Shown: positions 52,126 through 64,000 of the stretch, in pieces
Numbering within the stretch: position 1 is the stretch's first letter
Layout of the letters: every line of letters begins with the position of its first letter
From: Camelus dromedarius
Lineage: Eukaryota
Direction of reading: 5' to 3'
NCBI RefSeq assembly: GCF_036321535.1
Contig: NC_087437.1
Span: 103,294,001-103,358,000, forward strand
DNA: 64,000 nt
The notes under the pieces: model-generated
The model's database searches: none
What the model saw: only the letters and a program-made list of their open reading frames with translations
What the model was told of the DNA's origin: nothing
Made by a program: the position numbers and the translations under genes

Positions 52126-52508
52126 TGTGGATTAATTTTTTTTTTAAAGTCTACAGTATTTTGCATCACTTCTCATCAAGAGATGGAGTCTCTTTCTTCA
52201 CCATTTGGACCCGGGCTTGGCTATGTGACTTGCTTTGGCAATGGAAGCAAAGATAAATTAACCCAAAGCTTGGAGAGCACTTGCCCACTGGGGTTTGTCC
52301 ACTCTTCTCCCTGGGGAGCCTTTTGTCGCTCTGTGAACAAGGCCCAGTCAACGCCTCAGACATGAGAGTAAAGCCGCCCTAGATCCACCCGGCCTGGACC
52401 AAGCAAACCACCGGGCCCAACAATAGACTCAAGGGGGAAAAATGTTTTGAGCCACTAATTTTTTAAAAGGGTGCATGAGACTGTGATGTAGCAAAGATTA
52501 ATTGATAT
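52126..52508 (+). mobile_element. ERVL-MaLR LTR (MLT1H-like)
   Basis: cttctcatcaagagatggagtct...gggcttggctatgtgacttgctttggcaatggaa...gttttgagccactaa...gtagcaaagattaattgata. Confidence 0.8.
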
Positions 52509-52564
52509 AAATGTCATTCAGGTTAATTTAGTAACAGCATTGGTTACTAAATCTCCATTTAATT

Positions 52565-52778
52565 AGAAAAAAGACAAGTTTTGGAACCAGCAAGATCTGG
52601 CTTTGAATCTGGACGGTGACACATTCTGTTTATGTGACCCTCAGGCTTACTTAACTATGCTGTTCCTTAGTTTGACCATAAGAAAATATGAGACACAACC
52701 TTGTCCAATTTGGGGGATAATTAAACTTGGTAAATAATATATAGGACATAGTAGATGCTCAAAAAACTATTATTATTT
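52565..52778 (+). mobile_element. MIR SINE
   Basis: ttttggaaccagcaagatctggctttgaatctgg...tatgtgaccctcaggcttacttaac...ggacatagtagatgctcaa. Confidence 0.7.
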
Positions 52779-54529
52779 TTATTCATTGCATTTCATTATG
52801 CAGGTTTAATATAATTTATTTATACTTTTCCTTAATGTAAATTATTATTTTCATTTCTAATATTTTGCTGTCAAAGTTTTAGAGTTCATAATTGACCTCA
52901 AGTACTACTAATTCTGTCTTTGAGGATTTTGACTAATATTTTATGAAATTCAAATCAGCATTACAGTTCTTTGAAAAATTTGATTTCCTTGCTACTTCTC
53001 CTTTATGTTTACCCATAATTGATCTTTCTTTCTTGACAGCATCTTTGGGACATTGAGTGGCATTTGAAGGCACTCATGACAATGTCTGTAAGAGATTTAC
53101 AGCACTTAACCTGTCAGAGATTCCTCCTTAGAATTAAACAAGAATAGGATATCTTTAGACCTCAGGTCTCATACTTAGTTTCATTCAAAATATCTTGTAA
53201 AATTAGTTTCAATGTCAGCATTCTAATGCCTGTGTCAGCTTTTCTAAAAGAGTGGCAATGATATATAGCCAGCTAACTTTGACTGGAGACTATAAAATAG
53301 ATGGAGTGGTCAGGTTTAGTCCTAAGTAACCTTTTATCCTATGACAGTAATTACTTATTTGAACCTTTAATTCATTTAAATTTGCTTGAACTTTCAAGTG
53401 ACTACCCACATATTTTCCATTTTGACAGACAAAATTAAATGACTAATCTACAGATCAACCTACCCGATGCTGTGGTGTGATTGACAGCTAAAAACATCAT
53501 GAAGTATCTTTTACTCTTCCAACTTGGAAAAGCGGAATCTTTAATAAGATCAATTTATATTTGTTACTTTGTAAGATTATATTCACAGAAACATCCTTTA
53601 AAGTAAAAATTAGGTATCCATGAATAGATTCCAAAAGGTTCTGGAGAACATGGACATTTTCTGTATATATGTGATTTGCTTGTGAGAAGTCCAAAACTTT
53701 CACCATATTTTCAAGTTTTTGACCTTGCTAAAGTTACAGTCACTATTTTAAATGACACTTGAAGCATTTGGGAAACAAATAAAGTGACCCTACCAAAAAC
53801 ATATTCTAAATGTATTGCTCCCATGAAAGAATCTAATAACCATATTCTTCTCAGAATTCCCCCCCCCCCAAATACCATTATCTAACTCACTTGTATCTCT
53901 TCAGATTGTTGACTGTGTTTATTGACATGAAATCCTTTGGAATAGTTTGCTTTAATGGCAACTCAGCAAAAGTTGTTGTAAGTTTTATGTTTTGCATTTA
54001 TACTTCCGTCATTTCTGCTTAAGGAGATAGTAAGTCATCCCTTCACCTGGCATTGTGGAGCATTTGGAAATATCCACCTTGTCTTTTAATACCTTCTCTT
54101 GAAATGTGGTGGGGCAATCATGCTCCCTCCCAGTCAGTAAGCAGAAAGTCAGTATAATTGCACCATCTTTAAAAGCTTTGTATCAGTTGCTGTGGGAATG
54201 ATTGTAACTTGTGAAGTTTCCTTATGGTCCCTTTGAACTACCTGAACTCACTGTTGTACCACTGAAGTGCTAACACTGCCTAAAATCTGGCTCTGTATTA
54301 CCCTGGAAATCTCTCATTAACTTCACTCCAATCGTATTACTGCTGCATCTTTCTAAGGTTATTAATTCAAATTCCTATAACTTGGAACCAGTGGTCATCC
54401 AGATATAGAAGACTCATGCCAGGTTTATTAAAAAAAAAATCAACTCAGATATGTGATGGACTATGCAATTAACCCATTACCTCTATTTTGTACTTATTAC
54501 TGGTTGCCATTTTTCCTAATTCTAATTCT

Positions 54530-54720
54530 AGGTGGTTCTCTGATGTTATCAATTATAAGAATTACAGGAGCAAGGTATCAAAAATGACAATCATTGGGAT
54601 CCACTACAAGTTTCCAATTCAATAGATCTTAGGTGTAGTCCAGAGTTCTGCATATTTAAGAAACTTCTCCTAATTATTCTTTTTCTAGTTTTCCAAAGAT
54701 CTGGGTTTAAGAAAAATTAT
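54530..54720. mobile_element. MER5A-like hAT MITE (diverged)
   Basis: gtggttctc...aagaattacaggag...aattcaatagatcttaggtgtagtccagagttctgcatatttaagaaacttctcc. Confidence 0.55.
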
Positions 54721-57018
54721 TTGAGAATTTAAGTTGGGATCCCTCTCCTGAGACACTCTTTTTCCTATCTGTCACGTGAATTGAAATCTGCAGACACAGC
54801 CAAAATATCTTGTAAAAAATCATGGAGAAAAATGAAGGCATACTTTTTAATCTGAGCATCCTTGCTTTTGCATGTAAACTTTAATTAGTGGCTATAATGT
54901 ATCAGATTATTTTTCATCCTCCCTACGCTTTGTATTTTTCTCTCATGGATATCTGATTGATTATTATTTAGAATCAGAAGACGTTAAAACTGGAAGGGGC
55001 ATTTATAATAAAAATAAATAAATGCCTCATTTTACACATGAAGAACTTGTCTGGAAAAATACATGCCTTTTACTTCAAAAGCAGTGATTTATTTAAGATC
55101 ATTTAATTTAAAAATTAGCTGTGTATAATACTTGTTCTAGTGTTGGAACTAGGTCTACTGATACTTACTTTAGTGTTTTTCGAACATCTTTCTAAGGATA
55201 CTTTTGCTAAATAAGAACTTTGCTCAATGATAATATTTAATTTTATTCTTTATTATGAAGCAATATATGCTTGTTGTAAAAGTACAAACAATTCCAATAT
55301 TCTCAATGAAGAAAACATAAAAAGATTTTAAAATTTTTTCCTATTTTTTAAATGTTAATGCTCAAAGCTAAAGAGTATTTTTCAGACTTATTAATAGAAG
55401 ACAGATTATATATGTATGCATGTGTACATACATATACACATACATAATGTAAGCATCTGTACATATACATATATATGAAGTCATAGCATGTCTATTTATA
55501 TATCATTGTAATATGACTCATTTTATCTATTATATATATTTTATCCATATTTGAGAATTTATTAAAGATAAGCTTACTGAAACAGAAAATCTTATAAGCT
55601 TTATGAATATAATGGTATCTTAACATTATTGTCAAATTATTTAATTTGTTAGTAGCAGTGCTCATGAGGGCTAATTTTACCAGAATTATGTATTAACATA
55701 TTTAAATGTTGTAAAGTTGATTTCATAAGCAATTAACAACCAACCATTTTTTAATCCTTATTTTTTGGCTACTCCTAAGACTACGTATCTTTACAAATGT
55801 TTATTAGTTTTCTTTATAGCAACTAGAGCAATATGTTATCTACCATATATTATTGACATTAAGCCAATATAAGGGTCCTGAAATCAAAATTATATTGTTC
55901 TCAACAGCATCTGGCACATGGAAATCATTAATAAATATATAACAAAAAAACAAACCAATAGATGAATGTGTTATGTCTGTTAGTTCCTCCTGCCCTATGG
56001 CACTTCGTTCTTGTTTGTGGCTATACAAGGTTTCAGTTGACGTATATAAGTAGTAACATTTAAAGAAAGTTGGATAAAGAATAATTAGAACAGACATTCA
56101 CTGCACATTTCTCTTTTTTAAAGAAAAATAAAAAATTCTCTGATTTCTCTTTATTAGACAAAAGGATTGGAAAGAGGAAGTAATTTTATATCATCTGAAT
56201 ATATCATCAGAATATGTATCTATGATTACACTGTCTTCTAAATATCACGCTGTAGAATAAACTGTTGCATATTTACCTCCTTGGCACATGTATGCATATA
56301 TACGTAATAGACGAATACAACAACTAAAATAGCAAAGAGTCATCAATATATGAAGCTGGAGATGTCACAGCATATTTATTTACTCACCAAGTATCTAGTA
56401 AATATATACATCAAGCATTTACTATATATACATGAGCGTGTTTGATTTAACGATCTATAAGACAACATGATCTCTGCCTAAAAGCATAGATTTTTAAAGA
56501 AGATAGTGTTGGATAGTAATATACATTCTACCACATTCTAATCATATAAATTTGGGTGATATAATTAAGATGTTTTCTGTAAAGCTTATGTTGCAAAAGT
56601 TGCAAGCATGGGGACTAAATCACCAATTTTATTGATAAACCCCAATCCTCAGATTGTACTTCTTCCCCATTTATTTACCTTTAGAACACGTGGTTCCGAG
56701 AACTGAGAATTGTTCATTCATTTTACCTTACCACCATCCCTCACCAACTCAAATCTTTGCTTTTCTGTCCCCTCTTTCATGACCACCTAAATGTGTGTAG
56801 TATGTAAAATGTCTACTCATGGCCAAACAAATAGATGCAGTCTCACATTCAGAATAATTTTTCTGCTAGCAGTAATTAAAACATTCTTTTTTTTCTTATC
56901 CGTCTCCCTTTGGTCTTATTTTAGAATATGTGAGATAAATCTACTAAAACCTCTCAAAAGCTTAATTTTCCCTTTTTTGAAAGTGTGGGGAATAACAATA
57001 TAGAGAACTAATATTCCT

Positions 57019-58210
57019 TGCAGACACACAGCATGACTACTAGAACTAAGAATTAAAGCTGCTTACATGTTTACTGTTTGTTCCAGGAAATTGTTTCCCT
57101 GAAAGACAAGTCTATAAATCAGTAAATAATTTCATTGTTTACTCCTGGAACTGAGACAGGGGGAAGGGGGCAGAGCACAGCCATTCAAGGAATGACAGCA
57201 ATTTAACACCAAAATGGTACAAGATTCAACTCCCAGTTGGCCTTGAGGATTAAGATGGCGGGAGGTCTGACTGCTAGTAGACCTTGAGCTTCACTGTAAC
57301 AGCATGATAAATAACATGCCTGCAGGCACCATGACAGTCCCAAGGCTAACTGCAAAAAGGCCAAAGAATGGGCGGTGGCCCAATTCCTGGGAATCTCAGC
57401 CACTTCCCCAGGGTAGTCGGAATGATCCCACATGCAGGCGCATGAAACTACCAAGCCCATAAAAACTGGCAACACCACGCTTGGGGGTCCTTTTTTCACT
57501 CCCTCCTCTTCAGACACAGCCCGAACTCTGTCTATGGAGTGTGCACCTACTTTTACTTTATCCTGAGCACCCAACTCCCACACCTCCTTCCTTGCCTTTC
57601 TCTTGCCTTACACTCTATGCAATGTGTACCTCTCTAAATAAATCTACATTTTCTCAATTGTGGCTTGCATTTGAATTCTTTCCTGCACAAAGCCAAGGAC
57701 CCATACTTGGCGGGGCACATCCCAGGGGCTCAATCGAGACCTGGGACATGGTCTTCCTCATATCCCACATCCATTATCTGCATCAGAACTTTCCAGAAAT
57801 CAACTTATCTGAAGGCTAACCTACCCAAGTAACCTCTTTCTCTCGGGACATTCATTAACTCATCTGAGCCAAAAGCCCCTATTTCAGGACAAAAAGCTCC
57901 CTTGGTTCAGATGAGCAAACCATTTGATTTTGAAACAACCTTGTATTTATTCACACTAATTATCAAGACTCTCACTGTGTCCTTTAATCCTAAAAAGAAG
58001 TTATTTCATGAAATTTGCTCATTCCAATCAGATTCCCAGGTTGAAAGTCTCACCTTAAAAATCCCTATCCCCAGACACTGAAAACCTGTTGTTTTTTGTC
58101 TCATAGCTACACCACTAAGATGTTTATCAAATGGATGCCTTGCAGTAGTGGATGAAAAATGCAACTTTGCATGATCAACTCTGGTGATCTGGTTGAGATC
58201 TACAGCCAGC
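57019..58210 (+). mobile_element. Older ERV1 LTR (MER90/MER110-like) hosting a younger LTR
   Basis: The sequence on either side of 57152-57785 joins into one LTR-like unit ending aaatgcaactttgcatgatcaactctggtgatct...cagca. It shares motifs with 44349-44779. Confidence 0.55.
57152..57785 (+). mobile_element. Young ERV1-class solo LTR (634 bp) with perfect TSD
   Basis: TGAGACAGG...TGCATCA flanked by GAAC at 57148-57151 and 57786-57789. It has a GC box at 57370, a TATA-like cataaaaa at about 57458 and AATAAA at 57637-57642. Confidence 0.92.
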
Positions 58211-58554
58211 AGTCCTAAAAATCTTAGCAAGATAGAATTTAGGTCCCTTTACCGTTTTTGTTCAGTTCTCCCCTTTCAGAAATAGCTTGCTCCTCTGAGG
58301 TTCCTTGACACTTTACTCAGAAGTTTCTCTAAATGTAATAGTGATTTAAGACTTTCATTGAGTTGAGTTCTAATTGCCTGTTATCCATTTCTCAAAATTG
58401 GAGGTTTTTTTCTTTTAATTTGTTTTGTTTTGTTTTCTGGGGATAAGAAACCCTTTCTAGCAATCCTGTGATTGTTTAGCAATATTTGCTCATTTTTTTC
58501 CTTGGTAGAAATACATCCTATTATGATGACACTGTTTTGCTCCTGTTTTCCCTT

Positions 58555-58666
58555 TTCCCAGGCAGTACTGTAACTGTCAGGTTGACACTTTCCCTTAATA
58601 CAGCAGGTAATAAACTCAGCGTTGGTTGATCAACAAGCTATTCTGATGGTCTTTTGGGTAGTCAAA
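58555..58666 (+). mobile_element. ERV1 LTR 3' tail (MER90/MER110-like)
   Basis: cagcaggtaataaactcagcgttggttgatcaacaagctattctgatggtcttttgggtagtc. Confidence 0.6.
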
Positions 58667-59242
58667 ATCTGTATTTTCTATGTCACAGCCTTACTATAAA
58701 TGTTAAAAAAAAATGAAACAAAACAAAACTTTGTAAGTCAAATAACATACAGTTTTTAATTTTTCCCTGCTGGTGATAAAATCCTTCACCAGGTTACAGA
58801 TCTTTCTCTTTTATTTTCAAGGACTTCTGCTTTTGGTCTCATTTTTACAATGCAAACCATTTTTAGCCAAATACTTTTAACAGCAGTCCATAATTGAATA
58901 ATTTCTTAGTATCAGTGTTGAAACAGTAATTAAAGACAGTTTGTGCATATCTTCTGAAGTTTCCAAGTGTCACCTCATCAACAATCTTTTCCCTCTGCTA
59001 CAGATTTAATTTTTTAATATCGTGTCATATGTCTTAGATTGTCCATTTCAAACTGTACAATCCACACAAATAGTTGAAGTTTAAATCTTCTCCCAAATAA
59101 TGCTGTGTTAATGCCTTAACAAATGGAATTGCTTTACCTATCTGGCAATAACTTGCATAGCTTTCAACAATAAAGATTTATTTTTCAGCTATTTTTTGGC
59201 TAAGCATAAGAAAGATTATCTGTAGGTTGATTAAAGTCTAAT

Positions 59243-60085
59243 TGTGTTAGGCAGACAAGAGGGGCCCAGTAATTCTTCTTCCTGATGTTCATGGCCTTGG
59301 GTAATACCCTCCCCTTGAGACACTTGCTTCTAAACTACAGAGCACAGCAAAGTTGAAATTTCACTTTTCAGATTAATTTACAAAAGACCGTGACTTCTGT
59401 ATTGCTAGCACACTCTCCAAATTATTTTCTCAAATTGCATGCATTGATGAAATAACCATGAGAGACCTGCATGGCAAGGACTTCAAGCAGCCTCAGGCCA
59501 AGAGCCAACGAAGAATTAAGGCCCTCAATCCAACATTAAGGTACGGAATGTTCACTGAGTGAACTCTCGCCTGATAAACTTCCATTGCTGGAAAAACTCC
59601 TACCTGAGAGGAAGGAGGTAGAAGAGACTGATGAAGTGGACCAGGTAGAACTAGTGGACTTTGACCCAAATCAGGAAGGACGGCGCCATTACAATGGAGA
59701 AGCATATGGGAGTAATGGACATCATCCTTGGGGTGGTGTTCAGTGTCAGACCTCTTACGGGACCAGTGAATAATACTCACTGTTGGCATTTTATTTGCAG
59801 TAGTGAATGAGTGACAGACTATAATCATAATAATGTTCACTATTTGCTCTTGGTTTTGTTTTAATATTCATTGGCTGAGTGAGCTAGTAAATGGTTTCTT
59901 CCTGAATTGAAACTTTTGGTGAGACTGGCACCTTGATTACAGCCTACCTACTGGGATACTGAAAGAGAAGGCCCAGCTGTGCCATACTTGGATTATTGAC
60001 CCACAGAAATTATAATATTCATGTGTTGTGTTAACTGAAAAATTCTGGGGTAATGTGTTCTTCAGCCACTGTTGACAAGCACACA
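59243..60085 (+). mobile_element. ERVL-MaLR LTR (MLT1E/F-like) interrupted by the DNAJA1 copy
   Basis: tgtgttaggcagac...taataccctccccttgag...catggcaaggacttcaagcagcctcaggccaagagccaacgaagaattaaggccctcaatccaac | gagtgagct...tgacccacagaaatt...ttctggggtaatgtgtt. Confidence 0.8.
59564..59866 (+). pseudogene. DNAJA1: 5'-truncated processed pseudogene of DNAJA1 (Hsp40/HDJ2): C-terminal about 64 codons plus proximal 3'UTR
   Basis: The frame from 59564 reads [64 protein letters not shown], matching the DNAJA1 C-terminus ending in CAAX CQTS. DNAJA1-like 3'UTR follows. There is no J-domain and no ATG. Flanked by ctgagtgaact / ctgagtgagct. Confidence 0.93.
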
Positions 60086-60319
60086 TGTTCTGATAATACA
60101 TCAGTTAGAACTTCTTTCTTTTGTGGTTACTTCTTGGTGCTCCTCCACTTAAACTTCGCCGAGTGCAAGGATGGTTTAAAAGATAAGCTTGCTATATCAT
60201 AGGGGTTTCATGATTTAACCATTCAGAGGCCAAAATAATCAATTTTGATTGTGGCAGGTCTAACTCTTACTGACTAAACAGAAAGAGAGGTTTTTAGTTT
60301 TGTTTTTGTTTTTATTTGA

Positions 60320-60610
60320 TGGTCCATGTATCTGCTGAGAGGACTGGAGAGCCAGGCTGGAAACAAAGCGTCCTTAAATACAGAACAGGTTGCTAAGGAA
60401 ACCACTCCAGCTCCTACTGACCCCACCAAGCTCTGGAGGAAGCTCCCATCGTTACAGAAGCCGATGCAGGAAGGACTCAATCTACCACTTCTCCAAGTTG
60501 AACATGTGCTTCTTTTCTCCAAATTGCAGTCTCGTGTGGGTTCATCTGATTGGCAAACCAACACTTTTATCTGAATCTTGACACCAACAGAGGTTGATAT
60601 TGTTAGATTT
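60320..60610 (-). mobile_element. Possible very old ERVL/MaLR LTR remnant
   Basis: GC-raised patch containing gggttcatctgattggc, a motif seen in old ERVL-type LTRs. Confidence 0.3.
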
Positions 60611-63600
60611 TTTTTGAGATCAGTCTTGAGCTGATGGCATTTAGGAGGCTGAAAATTCCTCTAATATAGCAGTGCTTAAAGAAACGAAATCCAAGCTTTA
60701 AAGAAACGAAAGCACATATTCTGAAGCATGTATTTTGTTGCTTAAGGAGAATCTGCTGAGGGAAGAAATAAGGGATGTTGACCACCAACCAGAAGCAGGA
60801 GGTTATCATACCAGTTATAACCCATGAATGTTAGGAGAGCAATTCAAAACTGTCCCACATTTATCAATTATTATTTTGAGATTTGAAGGGGAAGGAAAAG
60901 CCCTTGCACACAAAAGTAAAGGAAATTTTGATGCATAATAGCACATATTTGAAAAGCAATTTAACTTTACATTTTAGAAAGAGTGGAGAAAGAAGGCAAC
61001 AAGGTAAAGCTACATCTGAAAACTACTTAAGTACTTATTTTTGTAAAAGGAGAAGTTCAATAAAAGTGAAGTATACATCTGAGAGATTTAAATACACATG
61101 TGAAAACAAAGTGAGTCACGGTAATGTTTTAGGAGGAAAAGCAGGAAATATACTATTGCAGAAGTAAACATTGTTAAAGATGTATTTTCATAGTTTAGTT
61201 ACAGATATCATAAGGTTCTGTTGATTATGTTTGAGAGGTTTTCCCTAGTTACTGGGCAGCAAGAAAACATGGCATATGTCAATGACGTAACTCCCATATG
61301 ACAAAATATGGTCAAGCCATATCTAGTTTTCTAGAAATTTTAAGGAGAATTTGACCCTGTATCTCCAAGGCTTGGATAGGTGTTTCTCTTCTGGCTGCAA
61401 ATGTCCATTTTAATTGTTACACTTAAGGAATTGTATTATAATTTCCTATTTACTTTTTCTGAATTCTATCTGAGTAAAACTTTCTTTAGGGCACAGAGTA
61501 AGTCTCATTCCCCCCTGGTTGCTCAAACCTGAAGCTAAAAATTATGGATGCTACACAGTTTTCTGTTGGCAAAATTGAGGCCAGACATTTCACATACATT
61601 TGACAAACTAAATCATGTCAATCTATAAAACAGGAGTACTAGAACATTTTTAAATTAGAAAGTCTACTGGAAGGAAAATTAATATTGAAGAAGTGATATT
61701 TTGAAAGCTCTACATTTTAAGATGTTAATTAACATGATATTAAACTGGAAAGATGAACTTTAGAAATCAGTTCTTAAAATAGCTTCAAAGAAGACGGGTC
61801 AGTATTTGGAATTAATTTTTATGCATAAAAAGGGGCCTATTTTTTCTTATAATGCAATAAAGAGGTTTTTTTTTAATTGACATACACATTTTGCCTGGGG
61901 CTGACTTTTCTGTGGTTGTTTGTCAGTACATTTTTTTAAAGTGCTTCTTTCCTTGTGCCAGTTTATTTTTACATATAAGTTATAGAGATAGAACTCATAT
62001 AGGACATCTCTCTCTTATAAATGCTTTCTTTAAAAGGCAAAGACCCTTCACTAGCTCAATTACGGTAGTCTCTAATAAATACGGTAAAATATAGTTTAAA
62101 ATATATTATTATTGTATGTTTTAAAATTCTTTTCTTTCAGAGAGGATAAATGCTTCCTGTTCTATTTGCTCACATTTTTATTCAAGAATTTTAACTGTGA
62201 GTGTACATCAACAGGCAATTTCCCAAAGACACCACTAAAATCACCGCAAGTTTATTGCTTACTGCAGTGAGAAATACTACTACATTGCTGAGTTGTGATA
62301 GCACATGGGAGGAGAGTTCAAAGGCAGAATATTTATTCGAGTTTTGGATTGGTTTAAGGTGGATTTTACAAAGTGGAATCATAATCAGGATCTGTGAAAA
62401 AATAGTTTAGTTACAGTGCTCAGAGTGAGTTGAGAGTTTTGAAATGAATTTTAAAGAGTACAGTAATCAATTGCTCTTAGAAGAGCTCTATTTCCCTGAC
62501 AACTGCAGTAGGCTAGTGTTTGGATAGAAAGATACTGGGCAAGTTTCTAAAATAAACAATGTTATCTGCAACTTCATCTTTCTGGGTGGGAAATTTTTGG
62601 GAATAGTAAAATTAATTTGACATAGGTTTTCATTAGTCAATATAATTTAATGTAAACAGTGAGTTTTTGGCTAGAGATGGGTTTAGTTTGAACCTGCTAT
62701 CTTAGTATTTTCCTTAAGGAGCCCAACTGTCTATAAGTATAGAAGACCAGACTTGTGATGAGGTCAAAGTCACATACAGGATGTACAGGGCAAATGTTTG
62801 CTAGGACCTATCTAGATGAACAATTTGACTATAAAATCTATTACAAAATGCATGACTAATGTGAGTTACAGTGATTTATCAATGAAGATTTAAAATAATA
62901 AATAGAGAAGAGGCACTGACATATTTATTTCTTATTCAATCAATGGCTGTGATGATTTTTTCCAGTGTCCAGGCAATGTCTTTTCCTATTCTGGTACAGG
63001 GACCAACTGTGTATATGTTTGTGTGTGTGCATGTGTTATTGACAAACATGTAGTTGTTGGCTAATTTCATATCATCCGTATTGCAAAAGGACATGGATCT
63101 TGAGAATTTAATGTGTTTGCATTAAAACTGTATAGATCGTCTTTCCTCACAGTTCCTTGACACCATTTGCTTAATGCTGGCTACATCACTACTCACGGAG
63201 CAGTATTTCCCATTGGGTCACCTGTGAGTGTTGGCTTCTAATGACTCAGTTAGTGGTTATTACTATGCTTCCTTGATGATGATGAATAATGCAAGATTAC
63301 TCACTGTAAGAAAGAGGATGTACAAGGTAATTTGTTCTCCACCCTAGGTTTTCTGGGATGAAGCATGGTAATGAATGTGGTTATTTGGATACTTCTGTTA
63401 TAGACCTTCGGAAGCTCAGTCTGAATAGGAAATTTCTTCACCTTCATTGTCCTCGGGATATATTTTTCTTTTATTCTATGCCCCACAGATTTTGTAGACA
63501 GACTCAATAAAAGTTAGATCATATTAATTATCTGATTCTTTTTTTTTCCCTATATATTATGCTCTTACGCGTTCCTTTAAATTAGGTATTATATTTGGGT

Positions 63601-64000
63601 AGAAACTGAACTAGTACTGTTTTCCTGTTTAAGAGTGGGAAGAGATCTCTCTTGAACTTTTAATCTATTATCTTAATAAGTCTACAAGGCTAGAGATTAT
63701 GAGATTTCTTTCTTTCTTCTCTCCCTTCCTTCTTTTTTTCTTTCTTCTTACATCATTAATGTTATAATAACATGTGTCTACAAGACAAAGAACATTAAGT
63801 GAAGATGGCAACACAATATCATTTGTCAAAAGAATATAGTGTTCAGAAAAAAATATTTAAAATTGGCAATAAGGCAAGCTTGACTATTCACTATCATGTC
63901 CTTTTAGTGTCAGACTAGGGTATTTTTTAATAGGTTCCATATAGGGATGGTGATAAGAAATAATTCTAATTAGGACAATAAAATCCACAAAATGAGAGAT

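Noticed and set aside
57203..57819. 126-aa and 112-aa ORFs
   Set aside because: They lie within a solo LTR, where higher GC lowers stop-codon frequency.
59585..59773. Functional DNAJA1 gene or terminal exon
   Set aside because: There is no upstream exon, splice acceptor or ATG; it is embedded in an LTR between direct repeats and the stop codon is mutated.
63180..63235. Possible pre-miRNA hairpin actcacgg / ctgtgagt
   Set aside because: The stem is only about 8 bp with a large poorly paired loop, and I do not recognise a mature miRNA.

Overview
AT-rich mammalian non-coding DNA (intergenic or deep intronic). It is most likely from a camelid, judged from three copies of a tRNA-derived Vic-1-type SINE and two young L1 3' ends. 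I cannot support any intact protein-coding gene, rRNA, real tRNA or CRISPR array; nearly all listed ORFs are chance frames or repeat remnants. The window is dominated by transposon fossils: L1 and HAL1, L2, MIR, MamSINE1, MaLR/ERVL/ERV1 LTRs (several solo LTRs with intact TG..CA ends and 4-bp target-site duplications), and DNA transposons (MER82, Tigger5/MER47, MER5A). The only recognisable host-gene sequence is a 5'-truncated DNAJA1 copy (59564-59866) inserted in a MaLR LTR, with its stop codon mutated just after the CAAX box. Points worth a second look are the nested insertion stacks at 43.2-45.3 kb and 57.0-58.7 kb, an unidentified coding-like island near 16 kb, a nested inverted-repeat fold near 28 kb, and a few candidate exons or enhancers in repeat-poor stretches. 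Repeat family names come from my recall of consensus sequences, not from a database search. I found no convincing evidence of a novel biological system.
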